A DNA stretch of 64,000 nucleotides. It comes from Mobula hypostoma (Eukaryota). Below, piece after piece: positions 1 to 14,071 of the stretch (its first letter is position 1; each line of letters begins with the position of its first letter). The translations under genes were made by a program, and so were the position numbers. Location of the stretch: the NCBI RefSeq assembly GCF_963921235.1, contig NC_086097.1, positions 253,830,001 through 253,894,000 on the forward strand, given 5' to 3'. The notes under the pieces are model-generated. The model ran no database searches and was not told where the DNA came from. It saw only the letters and a list, made by a program, of their open reading frames with translations.

Positions 1-210
1 CAGTTGGCCCATCGAGCTTTCTCAACCATTCAATGAGATCCTGGCTGATCTGGCCATGAACTCATCTTCTCCAATCTGCCTTTTCCCCATAACCCTTAAT
101 CCCCCTACCATGCAAAAACCTATCCAACATTGTCTTAAATATATTTACTGAGGTAGCCTCCACTGCTTATTGTACAGAAAATCCCACAGATTCACCACTC
201 TCTGGGTCAT
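1..210 (-). mobile_element. Old CR1 LINE 3' fragment
   Basis: Resembles the reverse complement of the CR1 3' ends elsewhere in the window (ccacagattcaccactctctg; ggcccatcgag). Confidence 0.6.
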
Positions 211-682
211 ATTTAACTGTATATCAGAGGCTCTGGCTGCTCACTCCATTGGTTATTCCAGATTCAGATCCCATCTTGAAGGAAAGTAACATTTAATAAT
301 TCTCTCAGTGCTTCTTTTACCCTTAATAAAGCATTCTTTTGGAATTTATTATGATTCGATATAATTTATATGCTATCACCACGTTAACTCTTTTTGCCTT
401 TAAAAAGTGTGGATAACTGTTTGCACATTAACAGTGCGGAGGAACCGAGGGATCTTGGGGTTCATAATTACAGGCTTGGGGAAAGGAAATCAAGTGTAAT
501 GGAGGGAAGAATGGGGATGTGAAGCATATTAACTTTAATGAAGGAAACAAAGTATGGTTGCCAATCACACTGATGATGCAAAGCAAATTCTTTCGGGATA
601 TCAGGAGGTGGCAAACGGATATAGATGGCAAATGACAGGGCCAAGTTCTGAGATCAGATTTAACTAAATGAAGCAATCATTA

Positions 683-2822
683 ACATAGAACATAGAATTG
701 TACAGCACATTACAGGCCCTTCGGCCCACAATGTTGTGTTGACCCTCAAACCCTGCCTCCCATATAACCCCCCACCTTAAATTCCTCCATATACCTGTCT
801 AGTAGTCTCTTCAAATTCATGAGTGTATCTGCCTCCACCACTGACTCAGGCAGTGCATTCTCGGAGTAAAAAACCTTCCTCTAATATCCCCCTTGAACTT
901 CCCACCCCTTACCTTAAAGCCATGTCCTCTTGTATTGAGCAGTGGTGCCCTGGGGAAGAGGTGCTAGCTATCCACTCTATCTATTCCTCTTATTATCTTG
1001 TATGCCTCTATCATGTCTCCTCTCACCCTCCTTCTCTCCAAAGAGTAAAGCCCTAGCTCCCTTAATCTCTGATCATAATGCATACTCTCTAAACCGGGCA
1101 GCATCCTGGTAAATCTCCTCTGTACCCTTTCCAATACTTCCACATCCTTCCTATAGTGAGGTGACCAGAACTGGACACAATACTCCAAGTGTGGCCTAAC
1201 CAGAGTTTCACAGAGCTGCATCATTACATCACAACTCTTAAACTCTATCCCTTGACTTATGAAAGCTAACACCCCATAAGCTTTCTTAACTACCCTATCT
1301 ACCTGTGAGACAACTTTCAGGGATCTGTGGACATGTACCCCGAGATCCCTCTGCTCCTCCACACTACCAAATATCCTGCCATTTACTTTGTACTCTGCCT
1401 TGGAGTTTCTCCTTCCAAAGTGTACCACCTCACACTTCTCTGGGTTGAATTCCATCTGCCACTTCTCAGCCCACTTCTGCATCCTATCAATGTCTTTCTG
1501 CAATCTTCGACAATCCTCTACACTATCTACAACACAACCAAACTATGTGTCATCTGCAAACTTGCCAACCCACCCTTCTACCCCCACATCCAGGTCGTTA
1601 ATAAAAATCACAAAAAGTAGAGGTCCCAGAACAGATCCTTGTGGGACACCACTAGTCACAACCCTCCAATCTGAATGTACTCCCTCCACCACCACCCTCT
1701 GCCTTCTGCAGGCAAGCCAATTCTGAATCCACCTGGCCAAACTTCCCTGGATCCCATGCCTTCTGACTTTCTGAATAAGCCTACCGTGTGGAACCTTGTC
1801 AAATGCCTTACTAAAATCCGTATAGATCACATCCACTGCACTACCCTCATCTTTATGCCTGGTCACCTCCTCAAAGAACTCTATCGGGCTTGTTAGACAC
1901 GATCTGCCCTTCACAAAGCCATGCTGACTGTCCCTGATCAGACCATGATTCTCTAAATGCTCATAGATCCTATCTCTAAGAATCGTTTCCAACAGCTTTC
2001 CCACCACAGACGTAAGGCTCACTGGTCTATAATTACCCGGACTATCCTTATTACCTTTTTTGAAGAAGGGGACAACATTTGCCTCCCTCCAATCCTCCAG
2101 TACCATTCCCGTGGACAACGAGGACATAAAGATACTAGCCCGAGGCTCAGCAATCTCTTCCCTCGCCTCATGGAGCAGCCTGGGGAATATTCCATCAGGC
2201 CCCAGGGACTTATCCGTCCTAATGTATTTTAACAACTCCAACATCTCCTCTCCCTTAATATCAACATGCCCCAGAACATCAACCTCATTCATATTGTCCT
2301 CACCATCATCAAGTTCCCTCTCATTGGTGAATACCGAAGAGAAGTATTCATTGAGAACCTCGCCCACTTCCACAGCCTCCAGGCACATCTTCCCACCTTT
2401 ATCTCTAATCAGTCCTACCTTCACTCCTGTCATCCTTTTGTTCTTCACATAATTGAAGAATGCCTTGGGGTTTTCCTTTACCCTACTCGCCAAGGCCTTC
2501 TCATGCCCCCTTCTTGCTCTTCTCAGCCCCTTCTTAAGCTCCTTTCTTGCTTCTCTATATTCCTCAATAGACCCATCCGATCCTTGCTTCCTAAACCTCA
2601 TGTATGCTGTCTTCTTCCACCTGACTAGATTTTCCACCTCACTTGTCACCCATGGTTCCTTCACCCTACCATTCTTTATCTTCCTCACTGGGACAAATTT
2701 ATCCATAACATCCTGCAAGAGATCCCTAAACATCGACCACATGTCCATAGTACATTTCCCGCAAAAACATCATCCCAATTCACACCCGCAAGTTCTAGAC
2801 TTATAGTCTCATAATTTGCCCT
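683..2822 (-). mobile_element. 5'-truncated CR1 LINE, subfamily A (disrupted ORF2 RT)
   Basis: ORFs 1543-2748 and 964-1503 carry [46 protein letters not shown]; short (AACATAG)-type tail at about 683-697. Confidence 0.95.
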
Positions 2823-3111
2823 TAATTTGCCTTAAATATCTGCCACTGAATATCAGACTGTTGAAACCAACACTGAATATCAGACTGTTGATATTCAGTG
2901 GCAGATATTTAAGAATGTCTTTCATTAATTGTGGGATAGATACATTTCAACCAGAAAGAAAAATTTCAACAGTGGGAATTTCAAAGGGAGGATCTACCAT
3001 CTGTAGCTAATTTAAAATAAATATAGTTTCAAATGGAAAAAAACTATAATTATGCAAAGATGGGTGACATGTTAGAAAATTGAATAGAATATTAGAGACA
3101 GTAATAATTGA

Positions 3112-3370
3112 TTTATTTTTATTTAGTGATACAGCACGGAGTAGGCCGTTCTGCCCCTTCAATCGATGCCACCCCAGCAAACCCACAACCCCAATTAACC
3201 CTAACCTTATCATGGGATAATATACAATGATCGATTAACTAACTGGTTTTGTCTTTGGGGTGTGGGAGGATCTGGAGCTCCTGGGAAAACCCATGCATTA
3301 CGCAAGGAGTACGTTCAGAACTGACCTCCGAATTTCAAAACGTCTCAAGCTGTAATAATGATGCACCCAT
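3112..3370 (-). mobile_element. tRNA-derived V-domain (HE1-like) SINE, degenerate
   Basis: Reverse complement resembles the plus-strand SINE at 22830-23108 (tgggtttt...gctcc...cctcccaca core; CR1-like 3' tail). Confidence 0.65.
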
Positions 3371-3723
3371 AGGTTATTACTTATTAAATTAAATAATTTT
3401 ATGAATAATAAATAACTAAAAGTTTCATCGAGAAGGATATGTAAGTAACAGAAATATAAAGATGGATAACAAAAGTTTCTAATAGATATTGATGTCAGGA
3501 AAGAATAAGCAAGCTGAGTATTGATCCATACAAAGCTGAATGTGGGGACTGGGAGATTGGAAACGGAGAGCAACAAGAGGAATTAGATATAAGATGTTAT
3601 TTACAAATTGTGCCCAGATGCATTGCAAATTAGAAGGAAGGGAGAAAATGAGGAGAGTTACAATCACTATGATGGTGACATGGAGCAAGTTTTCAGATTA
3701 ATAGACTCTATCATAGGCACTTA

Positions 3724-3726
<3 letters not shown>

Positions 3727-3764
<38 letters not shown>

Positions 3765-4553
3765 CTTTATTAATCCCGAGGGAAATTTGGTTTCATTACA
3801 GCCGCACCAACCAAGAATAGAGCATAAGTATAGCAATACAAAAAAACCCCAACAGTCAGACAACAAAATGCAAAACTATGCCAGATGGAAAATAAGTCCA
3901 GGACCAGCCTATTGGCTCAGGGTGTCTGACCCTCCACGGGAGGAGCTGCAAGTTTGATGGCCACAGGCAGGAACGACCTCCCGTGCCGCCAAGTGTTGTA
4001 TCATGGTGGAATGTGGCTGAAGTCCAACAGTAAAAAGTTCAATATCCAGTCTGCAAACACGTTCCTCGATCGTAATATACCCCGGATTGTTAACCAGATC
4101 AGTAAGCACCGAACTCCTTCATGCTCACCGCTCTCAGTGCACTTCCGGTCAGGCGGAACGGTATTCCCACCGAACTCCTTTTCTCCAAAAGCCTCTGTTG
4201 TCTCGACCCGTTCCTCTTTCCTCGGCTTTGTGATCCCCCTCTGTGTGTTTTCCTCCGGATTTCAGCAGGGGTGTCCACCGCTCTGTTCGCTAAGCCGGCC
4301 GGTATTTGCTGGTCCGTGAAATAGACAATGTGACCTTGCTTCCGTCCCGCGTGTCGGGATGTAACCATTTCCAGCCCTAAAGAAAACTTAAATAAAACTC
4401 TCTCTACCAGCATGTTAGAGAGGGTGCAGCATCGACGTGTTACCGTGAGAAAAAAAACCAAAAAATAACATAAATTAAAAGTAAGAAGAAGAAAGTAAAA
4501 GAATAGATCGGAACGGCTGTACCAGGCTGCATGCACGACCGGCGCATGCGCAC
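3727..4553 (-). mobile_element. Internally deleted, non-autonomous Rex1/Babar-type element with (TATC)n tail
   Basis: Minus strand reads 5' UTR, a basic RRKTHRG patch, an endonuclease-like fragment (ITIEERVCRLDIELFTVGLQP), a Rex1-like C-terminus (RSFLPVAIKL), 3' UTR and a microsatellite tail at about 3727-3764. Confidence 0.65.
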
Positions 4554-4982
4554 TTTAAGAAATGGCCATTAAGATAAATAATGTTACTTTACGTTTTCCA
4601 ACATTATTCTATTTTCACTCAGTGGGTAAATAGCAAATCCATCTCCTTTATTCAGATACAGATCAGTTGTGTTAACATCTGTCAAGACGAAAATGTTCAA
4701 AGTTATTATTAAGAAGTTCATACCAAGACACTTACAGCATTTCAAGGCAGTCAGACTGAGTCAATGTGGTTTTGTGAAAGAAAAAATATGTTTGACTAAG
4801 ATGCTGGAGTTCTTTGAAGAGCATAAAGGAGATAGATGTTCCTGTATTTAGATTTCCAGAGACATTTAATAAATAGCTACATCAAAGATTATTGCAGAAA
4901 ATACAGTTTGTAGTTTGCATGTGTGCAGGAAGGAGCAACAAGGTCTGATGACCCTGCTTTCATGAATCAGTGAGACCGAAGT

Positions 4983-5535
4983 AGAGTTCGAGACCTAGTG
5001 TCCATGGTCCCATCATCAATGAGTGTAGATTTCGAGGCCTAGTGTTTGGGGTCCCATCACCAGAGAGTTTAGAGTTTGAGGCCCAGTGTTCAGTGTCCTC
5101 ACATCAGACAGTCTGGGGTTTGAGGCCTTGTATTTGGGGTTCTGTCATTAGTGAATCCAGAGTTCAAGGCCTAGTGTTTGTGGACCTGTCATCGGCAAAT
5201 CCAGAGTTCAAGGCCTAGTGTTTGTGGACCTGTCATCAGCAAATCCAGAGTTCAAGGCCGAGTGTTTGGGGTCCCATTATCAGAGTGTCGAGAGTTTGGG
5301 GCCTGGTGTTCAGGATCCTTTAATTAGCGAGTCCAGAGTTTACGCCCTAGTGTTCAGGTCCCCATCAACAGAAAGTCTGGAGTTTGAAGACCAATGCTTG
5401 GGGTCTCACCATCAGTGAGTCCGGAGTTTGACGCCTAGTGTTCGGTGCCCCATCATCGGCAAGTCCAGAGTTTGAGGCCTAATGTTTGGGATCGCTTCGT
5501 CAGTGAGTCTGAAGTTCAAGGGCTGGTATTTGGAG
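4983..5535. repeat. Diverged minisatellite, 43-44-bp unit, about 13 copies
   Basis: Unit gagttcaaggcctagtgtttgtggacctgtcatcggcaaatcca recurs; two near-identical adjacent copies at about 5160-5247. Confidence 0.85.
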
Positions 5536-5539
5536 ATTG

Positions 5540-5980
5540 GCTGATCCTGAGGTTGAAGCTGAGGATCAAGGCCAGAATGGAGAATTGGAATTCCAGAAGC
5601 CGAGGCCTGTTGTCCAGAGTCCTGGGTATGCAAGTCTGGGTGAATCGGTTTGGATAGTTGGAGACCCAATATCTGCATGTCCAAGTCCAAATCAGAGTCC
5701 GCTGGAGGCCAAACGGCCTGTTTTGGGATTGGAGGACTGTGTGTGTGCGTGGGTGGATGAGTGTGCGGGAGGGAGGAATAAGGCTTGTTTTATTGCTCTT
5801 TGTGTTCTGTTGTGTTGTGTTCTGTGCTGTTTTGCTGAACGCTGTTGACATGCTACATTGGCATCAAAATGTGAAGCGACCTGCGCATCCTCACACTGTG
5901 CTGGTTGCTAACACAAACGATGCATTTCACTGCATGTTTCGATGTATGTGTGATCAACAAACTTGAATCTAGAATCTTGG
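5540..5980 (+). mobile_element. Non-coding LINE/SINE 3' region with Rex1/L2-type tail
   Basis: Ends in tttcactgcatgtttcgatgtatgtgtgat...ttgaatctagaatc. Confidence 0.45.
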
Positions 5981-6754
5981 ATGGAAGGCTGAACAGGAGT
6001 TAGGGAGCAGACGTACTTGGGTCTTTTTCTCTAGGCTGCATGACCTCAGGAATCAGTGTGGTGGCTTCAATTTCTCACAGGTTGTGTGAACAAGCTGCTG
6101 GCAGAACTGGCATAAATGTGCCCGGCAATACAAACACGGGAAGGAAATTCAATTCTGCAGCAAATATCAAGACGTTACCAAGAGAAAGTGATAGGTTAAA
6201 GGATACGACATGGATATGGCAAATCAGTATCAGGCAGGAAAATTGCAAAATTGTATATTCTGGTCAGAAAAATGACAGTAATATTTTACCTAAATGTGAG
6301 AGGTTACAGAGTGCTGAGTGCAAAGGGTATGCAAATCTATCATCACTGGGATAGGACGTGACACTTGTTGTTTTGCAGCTGGAGTGCAGTGAAAAACATA
6401 AAATTACCATAAATTACTAAATAATGAAATTGTGTAAAAGAAGAACAGTGTTCACGGGTTCATAGACTGTTCAGAAATTGGACGTTCGAGGGGTAGAAGC
6501 TGTTTCTGACAGTGAAGGCAGGGGAGTGGGACTAAATGGGAGAATGGATCAGCTCATGATAAAATGGCGGAGCAGATTCGATGGGCTGAATGGCCGATTT
6601 CTGCTCCTTTGTCTTATGGTCTAAGGAGCTGATTCTGAATCATTCCGGCTCCTGCTCGGCGGTGATAATGAGAGGAGGGCATGCTCAGATTGTGATGGAT
6701 TGTGCCTTCAGGCACCGCCACTTGTGATGTTCATGTGGGATTTTCTAGAAACAT

Positions 6755-9420
6755 GTGCTCAGGCAGGACAGATTAGAGGGCTTGTCTACTGAGTCCTTGT
6801 GGGTGGAGCTGAGAAACAAGAAAGGTATGGCCACATTAGTGGGATTGTATTACAGACCACCCAATAGTCAAAGAGACTTGGAAGAGCAAATCTGCAGAGA
6901 GATAGCAGGCAACTGCAGGAAACATAAAGTTGTGGTGGTAGGGGATTTTAATTTTCCATATATTGATTGGGTCTCCCATACTGTTAGGGGTCTAGATGGT
7001 TTAGAGTTTGTAAAATGTGTTCAGGAAAGTTTTCTAAATCAATATATAGAGGGACCAACTATAGGGGATGCAATATTGGATCTCCTGTTAGGAAACAAGT
7101 TAGGACAAGTGACAGAAGTCTGTGTAGGGGAGCACTTTGGTTCCAGTGATCATAACACCATGAGTTTCAACTTGATCATGGACAAGGATAGATCTGGTCC
7201 TAGGGTTGAGGTTCTTAACTGGAAGAAGGCCAAATTTGAAAAAATTGAGAAAGGATCTAAAAAGCGTGGATTGGGACAGGTTGTTCTCTGGCATGGAAGT
7301 GATCAGTAGGTGGGAAGCCTTCAAAGCAGAAATTTTGAGAGTGCAGGATTTGTATGTTCCTGTCAGGATTAAAGGCAAGGTGAATAGGAATAAGGAACCT
7401 TGGTTCTCAAGGGATATTGCAACTCTGATAAAGAAGAAGAGGGAGTTGTATGAAATGTATAGGAAACAGGGGGTAAATCAGGTGCTTGAGGAGTATAAGA
7501 AGTGCAAGAAAATACTTAAGAAAGAGATCAGGAGGGCTAAAAGAAGACATGAGGTTGTCTTGGCAGTCAAAGTGAAGGATAATCCCAAGAGCTTTTACAG
7601 GTATATTAAGAGCAAAAGGATTGTAAGGGATAAAATTGGTCCTCTTGAAGATCAGAGTGGTCGGCTATGTGCGGAACCAAAGGAAATGGGGGAGATCTTA
7701 AATAGGTTTTTTGCGTCTGTGTTTACTAAGGAAACTGGCATGAAGTCTATGGAATTAAGGGAAACAAGTAGTGAGATCATGGAAACTGTACACATCGAAA
7801 AGGAGGTCGTCCTTGCTGTCTTGAGGAAAATTAAAGTGCATAAATCCCCGGGACCTGACAGGGTGTTCCCTCGGACTTTGAAGGAGACTAGTGTTGAAAT
7901 TGCAGGGGCCCTGGCAGAAATATTTAAAATGTCGCTGTCTACAGGTGAGGTGCCGGAGGATTGGAGAGTGGCTCATTTTGTTCCGTTGTTTAAAAAAGGA
8001 TCGAAAAGTAATCCGGGAAATTATAGGCCAGTAAATTTAACGTTAGTAGTAGGTAAGTTATTGGAGGGAGTACTAAGAGACAGAATCTACAAGCATTTGG
8101 ATAGACAGGGACTTATTAGGGAGAGTCAACATGGCTTTGTGCGTGGTAGATCATGTTTGACCAATCTATTGGAGTTTTTTTGAGGAGGTGACCAGGAAAG
8201 TGGATGAAGGGAAGGCAGTGGATATTGTCTACATGGACTTCAGTAAGGCCTTTGACAAGGTCCCGCATGGGAGGTTAGTTAGGAAAATTCAGTTGCTAGG
8301 TATACATGGAGAGGTGGTAAATTGGATTAGACATTGGCTCGATGGAAGAAGCCAGCGAGTGGTGGTAGAGAATTGCTTCTCTGAGTGGAGGCCTGTGACT
8401 AGTGGTGTGCCACAGGGATCAGTGCTGGGTCCATTGTTATTTGTCATCTATATCAATGATCTGGATGATAATGTGGTAAATTGGATCAGCAAGTTTGCTG
8501 CTGATACAAAGATTGGAGGTATAGTAGACAGCGAGGAAGGTTTTCAGAGCCTGCAGAGGGACTTGGACCAGCTGGAAAAATGGGCTAAAAAATGGCAGAT
8601 GGAGTTTAATACAGACAAGTGTGAGGTATTGCACGTTGGAAGGACAAACCAACGTAGAACATACAGGGTTAATGGTAAGGCACTGAGGAGTGCAGTGGAA
8701 CAGAGGGATCTGGGAATACAGATACAAAATTCCCTAAAAGTGTCATCACAGGGAGATAGGGTCATAAAGAGAGCTTTTGGTACATTGGCCTTTATTAATC
8801 AAAGTATTGAGTATAAGAGCTGGAATGTTATGATGAGGTTGTATAAGGCATTGGTGAGGTCGAATCTGGAGTATTGTGTTCAGTTTTGGTCACCAAATTA
8901 CAGGAAGGATATAAATAAGGTTGAAAGAGTGCAGAGAAGGTTTACAAGGATGTTGCCGGGACTTGAGAAACTCAGTTACAGAGAAAGGTTGAATAGGTTA
9001 GGACTTTATTCCCTGGAGCGTAGAAGAATGAGGGGAGATTTGATAGAGGTATATAAAATTATGATGGGTATAGATAGAGTGAATGCAAGCAGGCTTTTTC
9101 CACTGAGGGAAGGGGAGAAAAAAAACCAGAGGACATGGGTTAAGGGTGAGGAGGGAAAAGTTTAAAGGGAACATTGGGGGGGCTTCTTCACACAGAGAGT
9201 GGTGGGAGTATGGAATGAGCTGCCAGACGAGGTGGTAAATGCAGGTTCTTTTTTAACATTCAAGAATAAATTGGACAGATACATGGATGGGAGGTGTATG
9301 GAGGGATATGGTCCGTGTGCAGGTCAGTGGGACTAGGCAGAAAATGGTTCGGCACAGCCAAGAAGGGCCAAAAGGCCTGTTTCTGTGCTGTAGTTTCTAT
9401 GGTTTCTATGGTTTCTATGT
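6755..9420 (+). mobile_element. 5'-truncated CR1 LINE, subfamily B copy 1 (EN+RT, frameshifted)
   Basis: ORFs 6755-7309 (GLYYRPP, GDFNFP, SDHN), 7206-8183 and 8188-9165; catalytic FADD mutated to FAAD; (TTTCTATGG)n tail. Confidence 0.95.
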
Positions 9421-10600
9421 AGATTGGGAAAATACAGTTGGTGCTGGATCCCAAGAGGGAATTTGTAGAACACCTATGAGATGAATTTTTAGAGCAACTT
9501 GTAGTTGAGCCTACCAGAAGAATGGCAATTCCAGATTGTCTGTTATGTAATGATTTGGATTTGATCTTCAGAGATGTTGACACACTCCAAAACCACCCTG
9601 TGCAACTGGATCCTTGACTTCTTCACCAGGGGAACCACAGTTTGTGCAGCTGGGGAAAACATCTCCTCCTCACTGTCGGTCAACACTGGCGCACGTCAGG
9701 GATGTGTGCTTAACCCTTCGGAGCCTTTTGGACCGAGGTGGGATGCGAAATGTGAAGAATCTTTTCAGTTGCTGAAGGAGCTGCTGACCCAGGCACCGGT
9801 GCTGGCTTTTGCGGACCCCCGATTGCACACGGATGCCAGCAGCGAGGGCTTAGGGGGTGTCCTGTATAAGGATAAGGGCACCGGGTTGAGACCTGTTGCA
9901 TTTGTCAACTGGAGCCTGTCCCCCTCTGAGAAAAACTACCCCATGCACAAGTTGAGAGTTTCTGGCATTGAAATGGGCTGTGGTGGATAAGCTGAGTGAC
10001 TACTGTACCTCTATGGTACCAAGTTTGAGGTGAGGATGGACAGCAATCTCCGAATTTATATAGGGGGAATGCCATACTAGATCTAGTACTAGGTAATGAA
10101 CCAGGTCAGGTCACAGATCTCTCAGTGGGTGAGCATCTGGGGGACAGTGACCACCGCTCCCTGGCCTTTAGCATTATCATGGAAAAAGATAGAATCAGAG
10201 AGGACAGGAAAATTTTTAATTGGGGAAGGGAAAATTATGAGGCTATAAGGCTAGAACTTGCGGGTGTGAATTGGGATGATGTTTTTGCAGGGAAATGTAT
10301 TATGGACATGTGGTCGATGTTTGGAGATCTCTTGCAGGATTTTAGGGAAAAATTTGTTCTGGTGAGGAAGATAAAGAATGGTCAGGTGAAGGAACCATGG
10401 GTGACAAGTGAGGTGGAAAATCTAGTCGGGTGGAAGAAAACAGCATACATGAGGTTTAGGAAGCAAGGATCAGATGGGTCTATTGAGGAATATAGGGAAA
10501 CAAGAAAGGAGCTTAAGAAGGGGCTGAGAAGAGCAAGAAGAGGGCATGAGAAGGCCTTGGCGAGAAGGGTAAAGGAAAACCCCAAGGCATTCTTCAATTA

Positions 10601-12281
10601 TAGAAACATAGAAACATAGAAAATAGGTGCAGGAGTAGGCCATTCGGCCCTTCGAGCCTGCACCGCCATTTATTATGATCATGGCTGATCATCCAACTCA
10701 GAACCCCACCCCAGCCTTCCCTCCATACCCCCTGAGCCCCATAGCCACAAGGGCCATATCTAACTCCCTCTTAAATATAGCCAATCAACTGGCCTCAACT
10801 GTTTCCTGTGGCAGAGAATTCCACAGATTCACCACTCTCTGTGTGAAGAAGTTTTTCCTAATCTCGGTCCTAAAAGGCTTCCCCTCTATCCTCAAACTAT
10901 GGCCCCTCGATCTGGACTTCCCCAACATCGGGAACAATCTTCCTGCATCTAGCCTGTCCAATCCCTTTAGGATTTTATACGTTTCAATCAGATCCCCCCT
11001 CAATCTTCTAAATTCCAACGAGTACAAGCCCAGTTCATCCAGTCTTTCTTCATATGAAAGTCCTGCCATCCCAGGAATCAATCTGGTGAACCTTCTTTGT
11101 ACTCCCTCTAAGGCAAGGATGTCTTTCCTCAGATTAAGGGACCAAAACTGCACACAATACTCCAGGTGTGGTCTCACCAAGGCCTTGTACAACTGCAGTA
11201 GTACTTCCCTGCTCCTGTACTCGAATCCTCTCGCTATAAATGCCAGCATACCATTCGCCTTTTTCACCACCTGCTGTACCTGCATGCCCACTTTCAATGA
11301 CTGGTGTATAATGACACCCAGGTCTCGTTGCACCTCCCCTTTTCCTAATCGGCCACCATTCAGATAATAATCTGTTTTCCTATTTTTGCCACCAAAGTGG
11401 ATAACTTCACATTTATCCACGTTAAATTGCATCTGCCATGAATTTGCCCACTCACCCAACCTATCCAAGTCACCCTGCATCCTCTTAGCATCCTCCTCAC
11501 AGCTAACACTGCCACCCAGCTTCGTGTCATCCGCAAACTTGGAGATGCTGCATTTAATTCCCTCATCCAAGTCATTAATATATATTGTAAACAACTGGGG
11601 TCCCAGCACTGAGCCTTGCGGTACCCCACTAGTCACCGCCTGCCATTCTGAAAAGGTCCCGTTTATTCCCACTCTTTGCTTCCTGTCTGCTAACCAATTC
11701 TCCACCCACACCAATACCTTACCCCCAATACCATGTGCTTTAAGTTTCCACACTAATCTCCTGTGTGGGACCTTGTCAAAAGCCTTTTGAAAATCCAAAT
11801 ATACCACATCCACTGGTTCTCCCCTATCCACTCTACTAGTTACATCCTCAAAAAATTCTATGAGATTCGTCAGACATGATTTTCCTTTCACAAATCCATG
11901 CTGACTTTGTCCGATCATTTCACTGCTTTCCAAATGTGCTGTTATCACATCCTTGATAACTGACTCCAGCAGTTTCCCACCACCGACGTTAGGCTAACCG
12001 GTCTATAATTCCCCGGTTTCTTTCTCCCTCCTTTTTTAAAAAGTGGAGTTACATTAGCCACCCTCCAATCCTCAGGAACTAGTCCAGAATCTAATGAGTT
12101 TTGAAAAATTATCACTAATGCATCCACTATTTCTTGGGCTACTTCCTTAAGCACTCTAGGATGCAGACCATCTGGCCCTGGGGATTTATCTGCCTTCAAT
12201 CCCTTCAATTTACCTAACACCACTTCCCTACTAACATGTATTTCGCTCAGTTCCTCCATCTCACTGGACCCTCACTGGACC
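10601..12281 (-). mobile_element. CR1 subfamily C copy 1, nested in CR1-A
   Basis: ORFs 11945-12259 and 10785-11948 (RT, FADDTK); (TAGAAACA)n tail at about 10601-10622; host sequence attat is duplicated at the junctions. Confidence 0.95.
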
Positions 12282-13580
12282 ATTATGTGAAGAACAAAAG
12301 GATGACAGGAGTGAAGATAGGACCAATTAGAGATAAAGGTGGGAAGATGTGCCTGGAGGCTGTGGAAGTGAGCGAGGTCCTCAATGAATACTTCTCTTTG
12401 GTATTCACTAATGATAGGGAACTTGATGATGGTGAGGACAATATGGGTGAGGTTGATGTTCTGGAGCATCTTGATATTAAGGCAGAGGAGGTGTTGGAAT
12501 TATTAAAATACATAAGGACGGATAAGTCCCCAGGGCCTGATGGAATATTCCCCAGGCTGCTTCATGAGGTGAGGGAAGAGATTGCTGAGCCTCTGGCTAG
12601 GATCTTTATGTCCTCGTTGTTTACGGGAATGGTACCGGAGGATTGGAGGGAGGTGAATGTTGTCCCCTTGTTCAAAAAAAGGTAGTAGGGATAGTCCGGG
12701 TAATTATAGACCAGTGAGCCTTACGTCTGTGGTGGGAAAGCTGTTGGAAAAGATTCTTAGAGATAGGATCCCTGGGCATTTAGAGAATCATGGTCTGATC
12801 AGGGACAGACAGCATGGCTTTGTGAAGGGCAGATCGTGTGTAACAAGCCTGATGGAGTTCTTTGAGGTGGTGTCCAGGCATATAGATGAGGGTAGTGCAG
12901 TGGATGTGATCTATATGGATTTTAGTAAGGCATTTGTCAAGGTTCCACACGGTAGGCTTGTTCAGAAAGTCAGAAGGCATGGGATCCAGGGAAATTTGGC
13001 CAGGTAGATTCAGAATTGGCTTGCCTGCAGAAGGCAGAGGGTCGTGGTGGAGGGAGTATATTCAAATTGGTGGGTTGTGACTAGTGGTGTCCCACCAGGA
13101 TCAGTTCTGGGACCTCTACTTTTCGTGATTTTTATTAACGACCTGAATGTGGGGGTAGGAGGGTGGGTTGGCAAGTTTGCAGATGACACAAAGGTTGGTG
13201 GTGTTGTAGATAGTGCAGAGGATTGTCAAAGATTGCAGAGAGACATTGATAGGATGCAGAAGTGGGCTGAGAAGTGGCAGATGGAGTTCAACCCAGAGAA
13301 GTGTGAGGTGGTACACTTTGGAAGGACAAACTCCAAGGCAGAGTATAAAGTAAATGGTAGGATACTTGGTAGTGTGGAGGAGCAGAGGGATCTCGGGGTA
13401 CATGTCCACAGATCCCTGAAAGTTGCCTCACAGGTAGATAGGGTAGTTAAGAAACTTATGGGGTGTTAGCTTTCATAAGTCAAGTGATAGAGTTTAAGAG
13501 TCGCGATGTAATGATGCAGCTCTATAAAACTCTGATTAGGCTGCACTTGGAGTACTGTGTCCAGTTCTGGTCACCTCACT

Positions 13581-14071
13581 TGTCGGGTTCTGTCGGGTTT
13601 CGGTGGGACTCAAGTGCAGACCAATGAATACTATTTCACCAGGATTATTAGGGAGCACAAAGGCAACAGTCTTTCAGAAACAGAAGGCAGGCACAAATCC
13701 AAAATGGCAGGTAGCGGTCTTACCAGGAAAGGCAGTCAGGTGAGGGCAGACAATCCAGAGCGCGCAGGCAAAAATCGGGTCCAAGAGCAGGCAAAGTCCA
13801 AAAGGCAGAATCAGGCAAACTCGGTTGGTAGAAGTTGTAATGACAGACTGGAATGTCACAGGTCAGAACTGGGACGAACTGGCAGAGACTGCTAGTCAAG
13901 GCAGGATTTAAATGGACATGGACAAGCAGGTAATTGGAGGAAGTCCAAAAGAGGAAAGGGTTTGGGCCAGAACCTACATGGCCAGGTGAAAGAAAACAAA
14001 TTAAAGACTGTCGTGATCCAGAGCTACCAGCAGAGGCCCTTCGACCCAGTGTTCAGGCTGGATCCTTAACA
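13581..14071 (-). mobile_element. Solo LTR (491 bp)
   Basis: TG...CA termini; perfect 5-bp TSD tcact (13576-13580 and 14072-14076) splitting CR1 coding sequence. Orientation is inferred. Confidence 0.88.

Noticed and set aside
4983..5535. CRISPR-like periodic array (also 52517-53057 and 63451-63694)
   Set aside because: The whole unit is repeated with no unique spacers, there are no cas genes and the context is eukaryotic; these are minisatellites.
9574..9990. ORF joining Rex1 RT and Gypsy RNase H sequence as a novel chimeric gene
   Set aside because: Short degenerate fragments joined by deletion, frameshifted at the end; an accidental in-frame junction.
10675..11790. Plus-strand ORFs opposite CR1 RT, and similar ones throughout
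   Set aside because: Antisense shadows of RT coding sequence.
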